Part shown: piece after piece, positions 35,846-44,058 of the stretch
Numbering within the stretch: position 1 is the stretch's first letter
How the letters are laid out: every line of letters begins with the position of its first letter
Origin: Escherichia phage TR3
Direction: 5' to 3' (one strand)
Length of the DNA: 44,747 nucleotides
Sequence record: PP069512
The notes under the pieces: generated by a model
Told to the model about the DNA's origin: nothing
Databases searched by the model: none
Seen by the model: only the letters and a program-made list of their open reading frames with translations
Position numbers and translations under genes: made by a program

Positions 35846-36328
35846 ATGAATATCGCCAGGCAAGATGGACTTTCGCCAGTCAGAATCGTAATAAATGCAA
35901 ATGGGTATCGTCAGTCAACGCCATTCTGGGGTTCGATTGATACGTCAGATGTGTACTCAGGTGATGAGCTTGGTGTGCTAATTAAAATCATCAGGAAGAT
36001 GGGAGTTAACGGGAAAGGAGTGGTTGGTGTCAGGTCTGTATATGAAGGAGCTCGAAAGGTTAAGCCTTTTGTTGGGCGTAATGGAGTGATGTTGCTCATC
36101 AAGGACAAGCTAATCCCAGAGCTCGACAAGATGAATGTTACATGTCTAATTGGCGATAAGGTTTATGTTCACCCCGCAATACTCAATGAGTGTTGGGAGC
36201 CTAACTTCAAGGTCTACGAAGGTAAGCATCCTAGTAGACTACCATACCACTTGCGGTACAGCGAGGAAGAGGTTGAGGCGGCGATGGAGTTTTATCGGGA
36301 AGCTAAATTACTCCTGAATGGACAATAG
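35846..36328 (+). CDS. truncated paralog of the P-loop NTPase (N- and C-terminal regions only; amber-interrupted leader at 35804..35839)
   Basis: Residues VINANGYRQS and GKGVVGVRS..KVKPF..CLIGDK match ends of the 31662..33245 protein; upstream in-frame MFNFNDDKLTA-TAG matches that protein's N-terminus MFDFNEDKLSVE. Confidence 0.55.
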   Translation: MNIARQDGLSPVRIVINANGYRQSTPFWGSIDTSDVYSGDELGVLIKIIRKMGVNGKGVVGVRSVYEGARKVKPFVGRNGVMLLIKDKLIPELDKMNVTCLIGDKVYVHPAILNECWEPNFKVYEGKHPSRLPYHLRYSEEEVEAAMEFYREAKLLLNGQ

Positions 36329-36368
36329 CACGAATTGCTAAACAATCGCCGGAGAAATCCGGCATAAT
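36326..36368 (+). promoter_or_regulatory. phage promoter box (ATAGCACGAATTGCTA, 22-bp spacer, CATAAT)
   Basis: TAG of box is stop of upstream gene; spacer holds hairpin GCCGGA-GAAA-TCCGGC. Confidence 0.5.
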
Positions 36369-36399
36369 TACCACATCGACAACACGATGGAGTATAGAG

Positions 36400-36609
36400 A
36401 TGAGAATAAAGATTATTGAAGTTGACATTGCTGATGGTGACGAACTTAGCCTTGCTGATTGCGGTTTCCAGGTTGGTGATATTGTTGATGTTTCCGGTAA
36501 GTATAAAGATGGTAGCTTATCAGTTCAGGCGATTCGTGATACTGATTTAGTAACAATCGGCAACGAGATTAGTTTGCAAGAAGGCGAATACGAGGTAATT
36601 GAAGAATGA
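36400..36609 (+). CDS. hypothetical small highly acidic protein (69 aa)
   Basis: RBS GGAG; Asp/Glu-rich. Confidence 0.5.
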   Translation: MRIKIIEVDIADGDELSLADCGFQVGDIVDVSGKYKDGSLSVQAIRDTDLVTIGNEISLQEGEYEVIEE

Positions 36610-36785
36610 GATTCCGACAATCAGAACCAAAACTTCAGGCTAACCACTCCGACGGCTACGCAACATTCATCATTGCTCAGGCTTGCGGAATGCGTGACGA
36701 ACCTCAAGTTCACACCATCCACTTAACAGAAGAGCAAGCTAGAGAACTGGCTTACGAAATTCTTGAGCAATTGAACAAGATTTAA
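36606..36785 (+). CDS. hypothetical small protein (59 aa)
   Basis: Not in track; ATGA coupling. Confidence 0.4.
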   Translation: MRFRQSEPKLQANHSDGYATFIIAQACGMRDEPQVHTIHLTEEQARELAYEILEQLNKI

Positions 36786-36795
36786 GGAAAACAAG

Positions 36796-36930
36796 ATGCA
36801 CACGGAACTTATGATTGACGAGGTTTTAGTTGAGGCTTTACCATGGTTGTTGTGGTCTCTGGGCTTCGCGATTATTTACATTATTTCGGCAGCCGTAGAC
36901 GATGCTAAAACGCATTCTAACGAACTATAA
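36796..36930 (+). CDS. small membrane peptide (44 aa)
   Basis: Not in track; RBS AAGGAAA; hydrophobic core LPWLLWSLGFAIIYIISAAV. Confidence 0.4.
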   Translation: MHTELMIDEVLVEALPWLLWSLGFAIIYIISAAVDDAKTHSNEL

Positions 36931-36948
36931 TTTAAGGCATGCGATTAG

Positions 36949-37107
36949 ATGGATAACTACGAAAAACCAAGCCAGTGGGCTAAGAGAATGATGGATGATG
37001 CTGAGACTGGCGAGATTGCCATGATGTACTTTGAGTTAATGAATATCTGGAAAGAGCGTGAGGAAAAGCGTGGTCTAAATAAGGGCGAGGATAAGAAAAA
37101 TGCTTAA
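36949..37107 (+). CDS. hypothetical small protein (52 aa)
   Basis: Not in track; weak RBS. Confidence 0.3.
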   Translation: MDNYEKPSQWAKRMMDDAETGEIAMMYFELMNIWKEREEKRGLNKGEDKKNA

Positions 37108-37258
37108 CACATGTTTATTCCCGAAATGTGATGAATTTGTTGAGGATTTAATCTACTTCAATGAGAAATACGGTGACACGTTTGAGTGCGATGGCGATAC
37201 AGACGAAGTATTAGCAACTTTTGATAGAGGGCCAGATGTAGACAGCACGAATAGCTAA
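37100..37258 (+). CDS. hypothetical small protein (52 aa, ends DSTNS inside promoter box)
   Basis: Not in track; overlaps previous ORF by 8 nt. Confidence 0.35.
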   Translation: MLNTCLFPKCDEFVEDLIYFNEKYGDTFECDGDTDEVLATFDRGPDVDSTNS

Positions 37259-37285
37259 ACGTGACAGGCATTGATGCCATATAAT
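37242..37285 (+). promoter_or_regulatory. phage promoter box (ACAGCACGAATAGCTA, 22-bp spacer, TATAAT)
   Basis: Spacer holds palindrome GGCATTGATGCC. Confidence 0.5.
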
Positions 37286-37314
37286 CAACCAATCAAACAA
37301 CGAGAGGGCAGAAA

Positions 37315-37551
37315 ATGTTTGGATTAGAAGATGCATACTTCAACGCAGTTAAGCACCAGGCTGACAAGCTGAACGACGAGTACGGAAAGTTGGGCGCAAA
37401 GAAGAAAGACGATAAAGTTGTCGCAGCACTGATTACTCAGGTTTGGGGTCCTGTGTCTACGCTAATTGCGAGGGATAAATTTGTGTGGATAGCTGGGTAT
37501 AGAAAAGGTCGCGTTGACCACGATGAGAATGGGAATAGCCTTTATGAATAA
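37315..37551 (+). CDS. hypothetical protein (78 aa)
   Basis: RBS GAGAGGG. Confidence 0.5.
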   Translation: MFGLEDAYFNAVKHQADKLNDEYGKLGAKKKDDKVVAALITQVWGPVSTLIARDKFVWIAGYRKGRVDHDENGNSLYE

Positions 37552-37780
37552 GATCAAGTCACTAATGTTTAAGGTCGGAATTCTACATAAGCATAAATAT
37601 AGATTATTCCGACGCATAAGTTGGTTTGAGGATTCGTATCAGGATGGGTGTAGGACAAAGCTAATCTGTACAGTTTGCGGGAAGATTGTTAACTCAAATG
37701 TTGACCTAATGGTTTGTAAAAGCACGCTGGATTTCGTTAGGTATGAAAAAGAGATTGCATCACTGACAGGAAAGTATTAG
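37544..37780 (+). CDS. hypothetical protein with zinc-ribbon-like Cys pairs (78 aa)
   Basis: C..CTVCGK...C pattern; start chosen at Met overlapping upstream stop. Confidence 0.45.
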   Translation: MNKIKSLMFKVGILHKHKYRLFRRISWFEDSYQDGCRTKLICTVCGKIVNSNVDLMVCKSTLDFVRYEKEIASLTGKY

Positions 37781-37979
37781 TATTTATCTCGTAGGCATAC
37801 GAGCTAGCCAAGCTAGAACGGCGCACGGAGCGCAACACAAAGTCCATTGCTAATTAAGTAGCGTACATGGCAAGTTGGCCAAAGAGGATAAGGCGCAAAC
37901 CTCAATAACCGGTCGAGAAACTCGACGCTGGAGGCGTAACCAGCAATCTTTAAATAGCGCAATCGCTACTTAAATATTT

Positions 37980-38055
37980 GTTCTGCTGGCGTAACAGGAT
38001 AACGCAAAGACCTCCTAAGTCTTAGTTGCTGGTTCGAGTCCAGCGCGGAACACCA
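37980..38055 (+). tRNA. tRNA-Arg (anticodon CCU), CCA encoded
   Basis: Hand-folded cloverleaf: acceptor GTTCTGC/GCGGAAC (one G-U), D stem GCGT/ACGC, anticodon stem AAGAC/GTCTT with loop CU-CCU-AA, T stem GCTGG/CCAGC with loop TTCGAGT, discriminator A + CCA. Confidence 0.85.
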
Positions 38056-38071
38056 ATAAAGGAGATTCATT

Positions 38072-38254
38072 ATGTGGGATGTTAAGCTTTCAATCCGCTT
38101 AATGGGTCGAAGCTGTAAGAATTGTCAGCAAGAATTTATCGCGTCGGTTACCGCTGAGTCCTCAGAGGAAGCGGTAGCGAAAGTAAAGGTAATGTCTGGT
38201 GCCGACCCGGATTACCACAAATTCCTAGTAACTTACGTTCGTGAGCGAAAGTAA
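38072..38254 (+). CDS. hypothetical small protein (60 aa)
   Basis: RBS AAAGGAG; Cys pair C..C; followed by terminator. Confidence 0.55.
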   Translation: MWDVKLSIRLMGRSCKNCQQEFIASVTAESSEEAVAKVKVMSGADPDYHKFLVTYVRERK

Positions 38255-38307
38255 AAGAAGTTCTACTCTCTGGTTGTTTCATCTCTCTCGTTGTTGTTCG
38301 ATAATTC

Positions 38308-38330
38308 GCCCTCTTCTTGAGGGCTTTTTT
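38308..38330 (+). terminator. intrinsic terminator
   Basis: GCCCTC-TTCTTG-AGGGC hairpin then TTTTTT. Confidence 0.7.
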
Positions 38331-38342
38331 ACGTCTGTAATA

Positions 38343-38351
38343 TGGTATAAT
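38343..38351 (+). promoter_or_regulatory. extended -10 promoter (TGGTATAAT) for packaging operon
   Basis: TGnTATAAT about 25 nt upstream of TerS ATG. Confidence 0.5.
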
Positions 38352-38376
38352 CTTACATCAACAAAGGAGGTCACAA

Positions 38377-38901
38377 ATGAAAGACGAAAACTTCACCAGC
38401 CAGGCGCAAGAAAAGATTCGCTCTGGCAACTTCAAAGCCATGTACAACAAAAAGTATTCTGACATTACAACTCTGTCCAAAAACCGAATAATGACCCCAG
38501 AGCAGCTATTCGACCTGGCCGTGAAATACTTCTCATGGGCTGAGAGCCAGGCAATCAAGGCAATTGAGACAGCCAGCTTCCAGGGTGTCGTAACCGAGAA
38601 TCTGGTGCACAAGCCACGAGTCTTCACACTAACAGGATTCTGCCTTTACTGCGGTGTTACCCATAGCGCAATAGAGAAATGGAGGAAGTCGGAGGGTTAT
38701 GACGAGGTAATTGCATTCATTGATTCCGTGATTCGCGAGCAGAAGTATCAGCTGGCAGCGTCTGGCATTGTTAACCCTGGCATGATTTCCAAAGAACTTG
38801 GCATCGATAAGCCGCAGGAGATTACTATAAGCAATAACTCTTCAGCTAACGACGTTGGCACGATGAAGGAAGCGCTGGAGTCTGTGATTAGTAAGCTGTA
38901 G
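38377..38901 (+). CDS. terminase small subunit (putative)
   Basis: 174 aa immediately upstream of HNH and terminase large subunit; RBS AAAGGAGG. Confidence 0.55.
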   Translation: MKDENFTSQAQEKIRSGNFKAMYNKKYSDITTLSKNRIMTPEQLFDLAVKYFSWAESQAIKAIETASFQGVVTENLVHKPRVFTLTGFCLYCGVTHSAIEKWRKSEGYDEVIAFIDSVIREQKYQLAASGIVNPGMISKELGIDKPQEITISNNSSANDVGTMKEALESVISKL

Positions 38902-38941
38902 CACTTTTTGTTAAAAGAAGAGGCCCAATCAATGAGATAAT
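38899..38941 (+). promoter_or_regulatory. phage promoter box (TAGCACTTT-TTGTTA, 22-bp spacer, GATAAT)
   Basis: TAG of box is TerS stop; -10-like sits in loop of GGCCCA/TGGGCC inverted repeat. Confidence 0.5.
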
Positions 38942-38969
38942 GGGCCCAACAAACTAGCGAGGTGATCAT

Positions 38970-39476
38970 ATGAATTGGCATGATATTTTTGAATATAGAG
39001 ACGGGCTTTTAATAAGAAAGGTAAAAGTAGCAAATGTATCAAAGGTTGGAGAGGTGGCCGGAAGAGTTGATAAATTTGGCTATGTGATACTAAAGTATAG
39101 ACAAAAAGCATACAGGTGTCACAGGGTGGTGTGGGAGATGCACAATGGAGCAATCCCTAAAGGCATGCACATAGATCACATAAACCAAAATAGAAGTGAC
39201 AATAGAATAGAGAACTTAAGGTTAGTAAGCAATAAAGAGAACTCAAATAACAGATCACTATCATCAAGAAATAAAAGCGGAATAAACGGTGTAAGCTGGT
39301 GCAAAAGAGAGAATAGATGGCTTGTTCAGGCTAGAGAGTTTGGTAAAACAGTCTTCATATGCTACAAGGACACTATAGAGGAGGCTGCATTGGCAAGGTC
39401 GCAGTATGACAAATTGAACGGATATCATGAAAATCATGGCTCTGAAAATAAAGGCTACCTAAATACGAGAGCGTAA
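38970..39476 (+). CDS. HNH homing endonuclease with AP2-like domain (paralog of 394..990)
   Basis: HNH motif HIDHINQNRSDNRIENLRLVSNKEN; AP2-like SGINGVSWCKRENRWLVQ; shared DTIEEA segment with 394..990; RBS GAGGTG. Confidence 0.85.
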   Translation: MNWHDIFEYRDGLLIRKVKVANVSKVGEVAGRVDKFGYVILKYRQKAYRCHRVVWEMHNGAIPKGMHIDHINQNRSDNRIENLRLVSNKENSNNRSLSSRNKSGINGVSWCKRENRWLVQAREFGKTVFICYKDTIEEAALARSQYDKLNGYHENHGSENKGYLNTRA

Positions 39477-39478
39477 CA

Positions 39479-41050
39479 ATGAGTGAATTAATAGTCTGGG
39501 ATGAACTGACTCACGCTGAAAAGATGGCTATAAAGGCAATCTCTGAGCATAGTTTCGAAGGGTTCTTGCGGTGCTTCTTTCAGATAACGCAAGGCGAGAG
39601 ATTCAAAATGAATTGGCATGCTAAATACCTTTGTCGTGTCATAGATGAGATTCTTGATGGTAAGAGAAAGGATACCATCATAAACGTAGCTCCTGGATCA
39701 GCCAAAACCGAGCTCTTTAGTATACATTTCCCTGTATATAGCATGATCAAGATTAAGAAGGTTAGAAATCTTAGTTTGTCGTTCTCTGACTCATTGGTTA
39801 AGCGTAACTCAAAGCGTGTGCGCGACCTGATTAAGTCAAAGGAGTTTCAGGAACTTTGGCCTTGCTCATTTGGGACTTGCAGGGATGATGAGATTCAGGT
39901 TCTAGATGAAGATGGAAAGGTGAGGTTTGAATCGATATCTAAGGCAATGGCTGGACAGGTGACTGGTTCGCGTGGTGGTTACATGACCGATGATTACAGT
40001 GGATGCATAATGCTTGATGACCCGCTGAAGCCAGATGATGCGCTTAGTAATGTAAGGAGGGAGGCTGTTAATATGCTTCTCAAGAACACAATTCGCTCAC
40101 GAAGGGCGAGTTCAGTTAAGGGAAAAGAGACTCCAATATTAGCCGTTCAGCAAAGGCTTCATGTTCTTGACACTAGTCACTTCATGGAGTCCGGGCAGAT
40201 GGGGATAAAATTCGACGTAGTTAAAATTCCAGCAATAGTCACGGAAGAATACGCCGACACGCTTCCTGAATGGATTAGGCAGCAGTTTATAGATGACGTT
40301 CTTTCTTCGCCATTTGTAGAGCGCGATGGGGTTAAGTATTACAGCTACTTCCCAGCAAAGGAATCAATAGAAGACTTGATAGCCATGCGTGATGCTGATC
40401 CTTACACATTCCTTAGTCAATATGCTCAGGAGCCTGTAGCTCTAGGTGGCAACCTGATTAACGTAGACTGGCTCCAGCGCATTAGTGACACCCTGCGACC
40501 GCCAGCTAAGTACGATTACAGGTTCATGACGCTTGATACCGCGATGACCACTAAAAGCTACAGTGACTTTAGTGTACTGCAACTCTGGGGCTATAAGGAT
40601 GGCAAGATTTACCTGTTAGACCAGCGACGTGGTAAATGGGAGGCGCCAGAGCTAGAGGCAGAGCTATTAGACTTCGAGAGGATGGCAAGGGCATCCAATC
40701 AGACAGATGGTATCCTTCGTAAAATCATCATCGAGAAGAAAGCATCTGGTATAGGTCTGATTCAATCAGCAGGAAGGGTTATGCGAACGCCTATCGAGCC
40801 ATACGTGCCAGATAACGACAAGCTGACTCGCGTAATGAGTGCACTTCCTCAGATTAAGGCTGGCAACGTTATCCTGCCGGAGTCAGCAAATTGGCTTAAC
40901 GGATTGCTAACAGAGATTGCAGCATTTACGGCAGATGATTCTCACTCGCACGATGACCAGATAGACTGTTTGACGATGGCTGTCAACCTGGTACTGAACA
41001 TCGCAGAAGACCCTAAAGCGAGAATGATGCGATTAGCAGGAATTAAATAA
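39479..41050 (+). CDS. terminase large subunit
   Basis: 523 aa; ATPase-type N-terminal region (VAPGSAKTE) and C-terminal nuclease-type region; position before portal. Confidence 0.8.
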   Translation: MSELIVWDELTHAEKMAIKAISEHSFEGFLRCFFQITQGERFKMNWHAKYLCRVIDEILDGKRKDTIINVAPGSAKTELFSIHFPVYSMIKIKKVRNLSLSFSDSLVKRNSKRVRDLIKSKEFQELWPCSFGTCRDDEIQVLDEDGKVRFESISKAMAGQVTGSRGGYMTDDYSGCIMLDDPLKPDDALSNVRREAVNMLLKNTIRSRRASSVKGKETPILAVQQRLHVLDTSHFMESGQMGIKFDVVKIPAIVTEEYADTLPEWIRQQFIDDVLSSPFVERDGVKYYSYFPAKESIEDLIAMRDADPYTFLSQYAQEPVALGGNLINVDWLQRISDTLRPPAKYDYRFMTLDTAMTTKSYSDFSVLQLWGYKDGKIYLLDQRRGKWEAPELEAELLDFERMARASNQTDGILRKIIIEKKASGIGLIQSAGRVMRTPIEPYVPDNDKLTRVMSALPQIKAGNVILPESANWLNGLLTEIAAFTADDSHSHDDQIDCLTMAVNLVLNIAEDPKARMMRLAGIK

Positions 41051-41062
41051 GCGTGATAAACT

Positions 41063-41086
41063 AGCCTCTTAAATGGGGCTTTTTTA
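41063..41086 (+). terminator. intrinsic terminator / attenuator
   Basis: AGCCTC-TTAAAT-GGGGCT hairpin then TTTTTTATTGGAG. Confidence 0.5.
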
Positions 41087-41099
41087 TTGGAGCAAGAAA

Positions 41100-42374
41100 A
41101 TGGTAAAAGCAGATTCATACGCCACGCAGTTCCTGGGTGGAACTAGTGATGGTAGCGAGATTTACGGGCAATTCGGCAACACTTACCTTGCGCCACCATT
41201 CGCCGATTCACTTTACGTGTCTAACTCACTGGTTCGCCGCATCGTCGATACCATCCCAGAGACAGCAATCGCCGCAGGTTTCCATATTGATGGCATTGAT
41301 AACGAGGGTGAATTCTGGTCAAGGTGGGATTACCTAAAGGTCAACGAGTCAATCTCTGACGCATGGTCATGGGCGAGGTTGTTCGGCGGCTCAGCTATTG
41401 TGGCTATCGTTAAGGATAATCGTGCGCTAACTAGTCCGGTACGTGAAGGTGCTGAACTTGAATCGCTTCGAGTATACGATCGCAGTCAGGTGAGGGTGCA
41501 AGCGAAGGAGGAGAATCCTCGCAATGTTCGATTTGGAAAACCACTAACGTACCGCATAACACCTGAAGGTAGCTCCACGTTTTATGATGTGCATTACTCT
41601 CGAGTTCACATTATGGATGGAGAGAAGATTCCTAGCTCATTGCGTCTCGGCAATGATGGGTGGGGTGCTAGCGTTCTGGTTCCTGACCTACTGGAGGCAA
41701 TCAAGGATTATCAGACGTGCGAGAAACTGGCAACCCAGTTATTGCGCCGTAAGCAACAGGCGGTATGGAAGGCGAAGGGGCTTGCTGAATTGTGTGACGA
41801 CGCAGAAGGTTTTGGTGCGGCAAGGTTAAGGCTGGCTCAGGTTGATGATAATTCCGGCGTTGGTCGCGCGATTGGTATTGATGCAGAGTCTGAAGAGTAC
41901 AGTGTTCTGAACTCGGATATTGGTGGGATTGATGGATTCCTGGATAAGAAATTCGACAGGATTGTTGCTCTGAGTGGTATTCATGAAATCATCCTCAAAG
42001 GCCGTAACGTTGGTGGTTTGTCATCAAGCCAAAACACAGCATTGGAGACATTCCATAAACTAATCGACCGCAAGAGAAATGAAGAATTACTCCCTGTTCT
42101 TGTTTTTTTAATCCCGTTCATCACAACCGAGCAGGAATGGTCAGTTGAGTTTAATCCGCTAGCTCAGGAATCGAAGAAGGACCGCGCTGAAATACTGAAG
42201 AATAACGTTGATTCAATCGCCACTCTCATCACTAACGGAGTAATGGACGCAGATGAAGCACGAGATACCTTGCGCGCATTAGCCCCTGAGGTTAAGATTG
42301 GTGAAGGTTCGATTGTAACTGAGCAGCCCGCACAAGAAGAATCACCAAAAGAGGAGATTGTAATTGAAAGCTAA
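41100..42374 (+). CDS. portal protein
   Basis: 424 aa directly after terminase; ATG 41100 with RBS GGAG (track start 41073 lies inside terminator hairpin). Confidence 0.75.
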   Translation: MVKADSYATQFLGGTSDGSEIYGQFGNTYLAPPFADSLYVSNSLVRRIVDTIPETAIAAGFHIDGIDNEGEFWSRWDYLKVNESISDAWSWARLFGGSAIVAIVKDNRALTSPVREGAELESLRVYDRSQVRVQAKEENPRNVRFGKPLTYRITPEGSSTFYDVHYSRVHIMDGEKIPSSLRLGNDGWGASVLVPDLLEAIKDYQTCEKLATQLLRRKQQAVWKAKGLAELCDDAEGFGAARLRLAQVDDNSGVGRAIGIDAESEEYSVLNSDIGGIDGFLDKKFDRIVALSGIHEIILKGRNVGGLSSSQNTALETFHKLIDRKRNEELLPVLVFLIPFITTEQEWSVEFNPLAQESKKDRAEILKNNVDSIATLITNGVMDADEARDTLRALAPEVKIGEGSIVTEQPAQEESPKEEIVIES

Positions 42375-43476
42375 AATTCGTTATGACAGTGCAAAAGTTA
42401 AAGCGCGATTTGACGAAAACGGATTCCTGGTAGATACACCTGTGGTTGCTCGCGTAGGCGTGCAATCATACTACCTGCCAGATGGCTCGGAACGACGCGA
42501 ATTTAGGCCAGCTTCAGAGGTCTTTAAAGCTGATTCTCTTGCAAGTTATCAGGGCAAGCCGATTACCTTAGGCCACGTGTTTGTTAACGTTGATAATGCC
42601 AAGCAGGTAGTTGTAGGCTCAGTGTCTGGCTCAGCAATGCGTCAGGATTCGAACGTGGTAGTTCCACTAACCGTTTACGACAAGGAATCAATCGAGAAAG
42701 CTAAATCTGGCATTGCCGCCGAGTTATCTGTAGGCTACTCGACTGTTGATGTTGAGTCTCCAGGTTGGGGGAGTAATGAGACTGGTGAATACAAGTTGGA
42801 TGGTGATTACGAGTCCCAAGATGAAATTCCACCTGACTGGGTTCGTTTTGATGCACTGCAAACTAACATTATTGTTAATCACGTTGCAATGGTATACAAA
42901 GGTCGCGCAGGTGTTGCAAAATTGAATATGGACGCAGAACAGGAAAACCCGTATACTGACAGCGTTGATTCTATTAAAGAGGATGTTAAAGAAATGGTTA
43001 AGATTAAACTGGATGGCGCCCAGGAGTTCGAAATCGCTCCAGAAGTTGCCGCACACATTGAAGCTATTAAAAAAGATGCAGTTGACGCTAAAACCAAAGC
43101 CGACTGCATTGAAGCTGAGCGTGATGCGCTGAAGGCTAAAGTAGACGCGATGCCTGCTGAAATCGAGAAAGCCGTTAAAGCTGCTAAAGCCGACGCTGAA
43201 GCACTTGCCGCTCTGGTTACTGTAGCCGCAGAGGTTGGAATTAAGACTGATGGTCTGGATGCTAAAGGCATCAAAGTAGCTTACGTTAAAGAAGTTTCCG
43301 GCCTTGATGTTGCTGATAAATCCGACGCATACATCGACGCAGCGTTCGACATTGCCAAGGATTCTGATAAAATGGCTGAAGTTCGTAAAGCTACCGTAGC
43401 TTCCGACAAATCTGACAAAGCTGACGAACCTAAGAAATTAGACCCACGTGCTCGTCTGGCTAAAATTAAAAAGTAA
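42364..43476 (+). CDS. putative head maturation protease / scaffolding protein
   Basis: TTG start with strong RBS AAAGAGGAG 7 nt upstream, overlapping portal end; Ala/Lys/Glu/Asp-rich coiled-coil C-terminal half. Confidence 0.5.
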   Translation: MKAKIRYDSAKVKARFDENGFLVDTPVVARVGVQSYYLPDGSERREFRPASEVFKADSLASYQGKPITLGHVFVNVDNAKQVVVGSVSGSAMRQDSNVVVPLTVYDKESIEKAKSGIAAELSVGYSTVDVESPGWGSNETGEYKLDGDYESQDEIPPDWVRFDALQTNIIVNHVAMVYKGRAGVAKLNMDAEQENPYTDSVDSIKEDVKEMVKIKLDGAQEFEIAPEVAAHIEAIKKDAVDAKTKADCIEAERDALKAKVDAMPAEIEKAVKAAKADAEALAALVTVAAEVGIKTDGLDAKGIKVAYVKEVSGLDVADKSDAYIDAAFDIAKDSDKMAEVRKATVASDKSDKADEPKKLDPRARLAKIKK

Positions 43477-43487
43477 GGAGATAGATA

Positions 43488-43982
43488 ATGGCAATTCGTT
43501 CTGTAGCTCTGGCAGGTATGGTAGCTGATACTTCCCTGTATAATATCGATGGTGCTTGTGTGGTTGGTGGTACTGCTGCCACTAGAATCCCGGTTGGAAC
43601 ATTCGTAGGTGTTAGCACCGCTCAGCCAGTAGATGGTCACAAGGTTGTTGCCCTTCCGGCTATATCAGGAACTGCAATTAAACCTTACGGCGTTGTTGTT
43701 AAATCTCATTATGAGACTCCAGATGGTCAGGCTCGCGGCCTTGAGGCAGTTAACGTAATGACTTCTGGTCGTATTTGGGTTCGCACTACTCTTGCAGCTG
43801 CTCCGGCATTTGGTGACAAGGTTTTCGTAAATGAAAGTGGCGTTGTTGCCGCTAAAGTGGGACGTTCTACCTGGGGAACTGGTTTCACATTTGCTGGTGG
43901 CTATGTATCAGCTAGTGAAAGCGTTGATGGCGCACTGGTTGAAGTTCAGCTGATTCAATCCGCAGACTCAACTGTGGCTTAA
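43488..43982 (+). CDS. putative head decoration / accessory capsid protein
   Basis: 164 aa with strong RBS AAGGAG between scaffold and capsid genes; followed by terminator. Confidence 0.45.
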   Translation: MAIRSVALAGMVADTSLYNIDGACVVGGTAATRIPVGTFVGVSTAQPVDGHKVVALPAISGTAIKPYGVVVKSHYETPDGQARGLEAVNVMTSGRIWVRTTLAAAPAFGDKVFVNESGVVAAKVGRSTWGTGFTFAGGYVSASESVDGALVEVQLIQSADSTVA

Positions 43983-44006
43983 CAAAATCTGAATGCACAA
44001 ATAAAC

Positions 44007-44030
44007 AACCTCCTTCGGGAGGTTTTTTTA
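44007..44030 (+). terminator. intrinsic terminator
   Basis: AACCTCC-TTCG-GGAGGTT hairpin then TTTTTTTAT. Confidence 0.7.
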
Positions 44031-44058
44031 TACCTTCCGCTTGGTCATGATAGAATCA

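Noticed and set aside
36326-36345. Sigma54 (-24/-12) interpretation of the ATAGCACGAATTGCTA box
   Set aside because: It resembles TGGCAC-N5-TTGC superficially, but it has AG instead of GG and only 3 nt between CAC and TTGC; the downstream TATAAT-like hexamer fits a sigma70-type -10 instead.
37781-37979. A second tRNA upstream of tRNA-Arg
   Set aside because: Several hairpins are present but no T-loop (GTTCRA) or acceptor/CCA arrangement could be folded by hand; left as an unassigned structured region.
41073-41099. Track start codon for the portal gene at 41073
   Set aside because: This ATG lies inside the terminator hairpin; ATG 41100 has a proper GGAG RBS.
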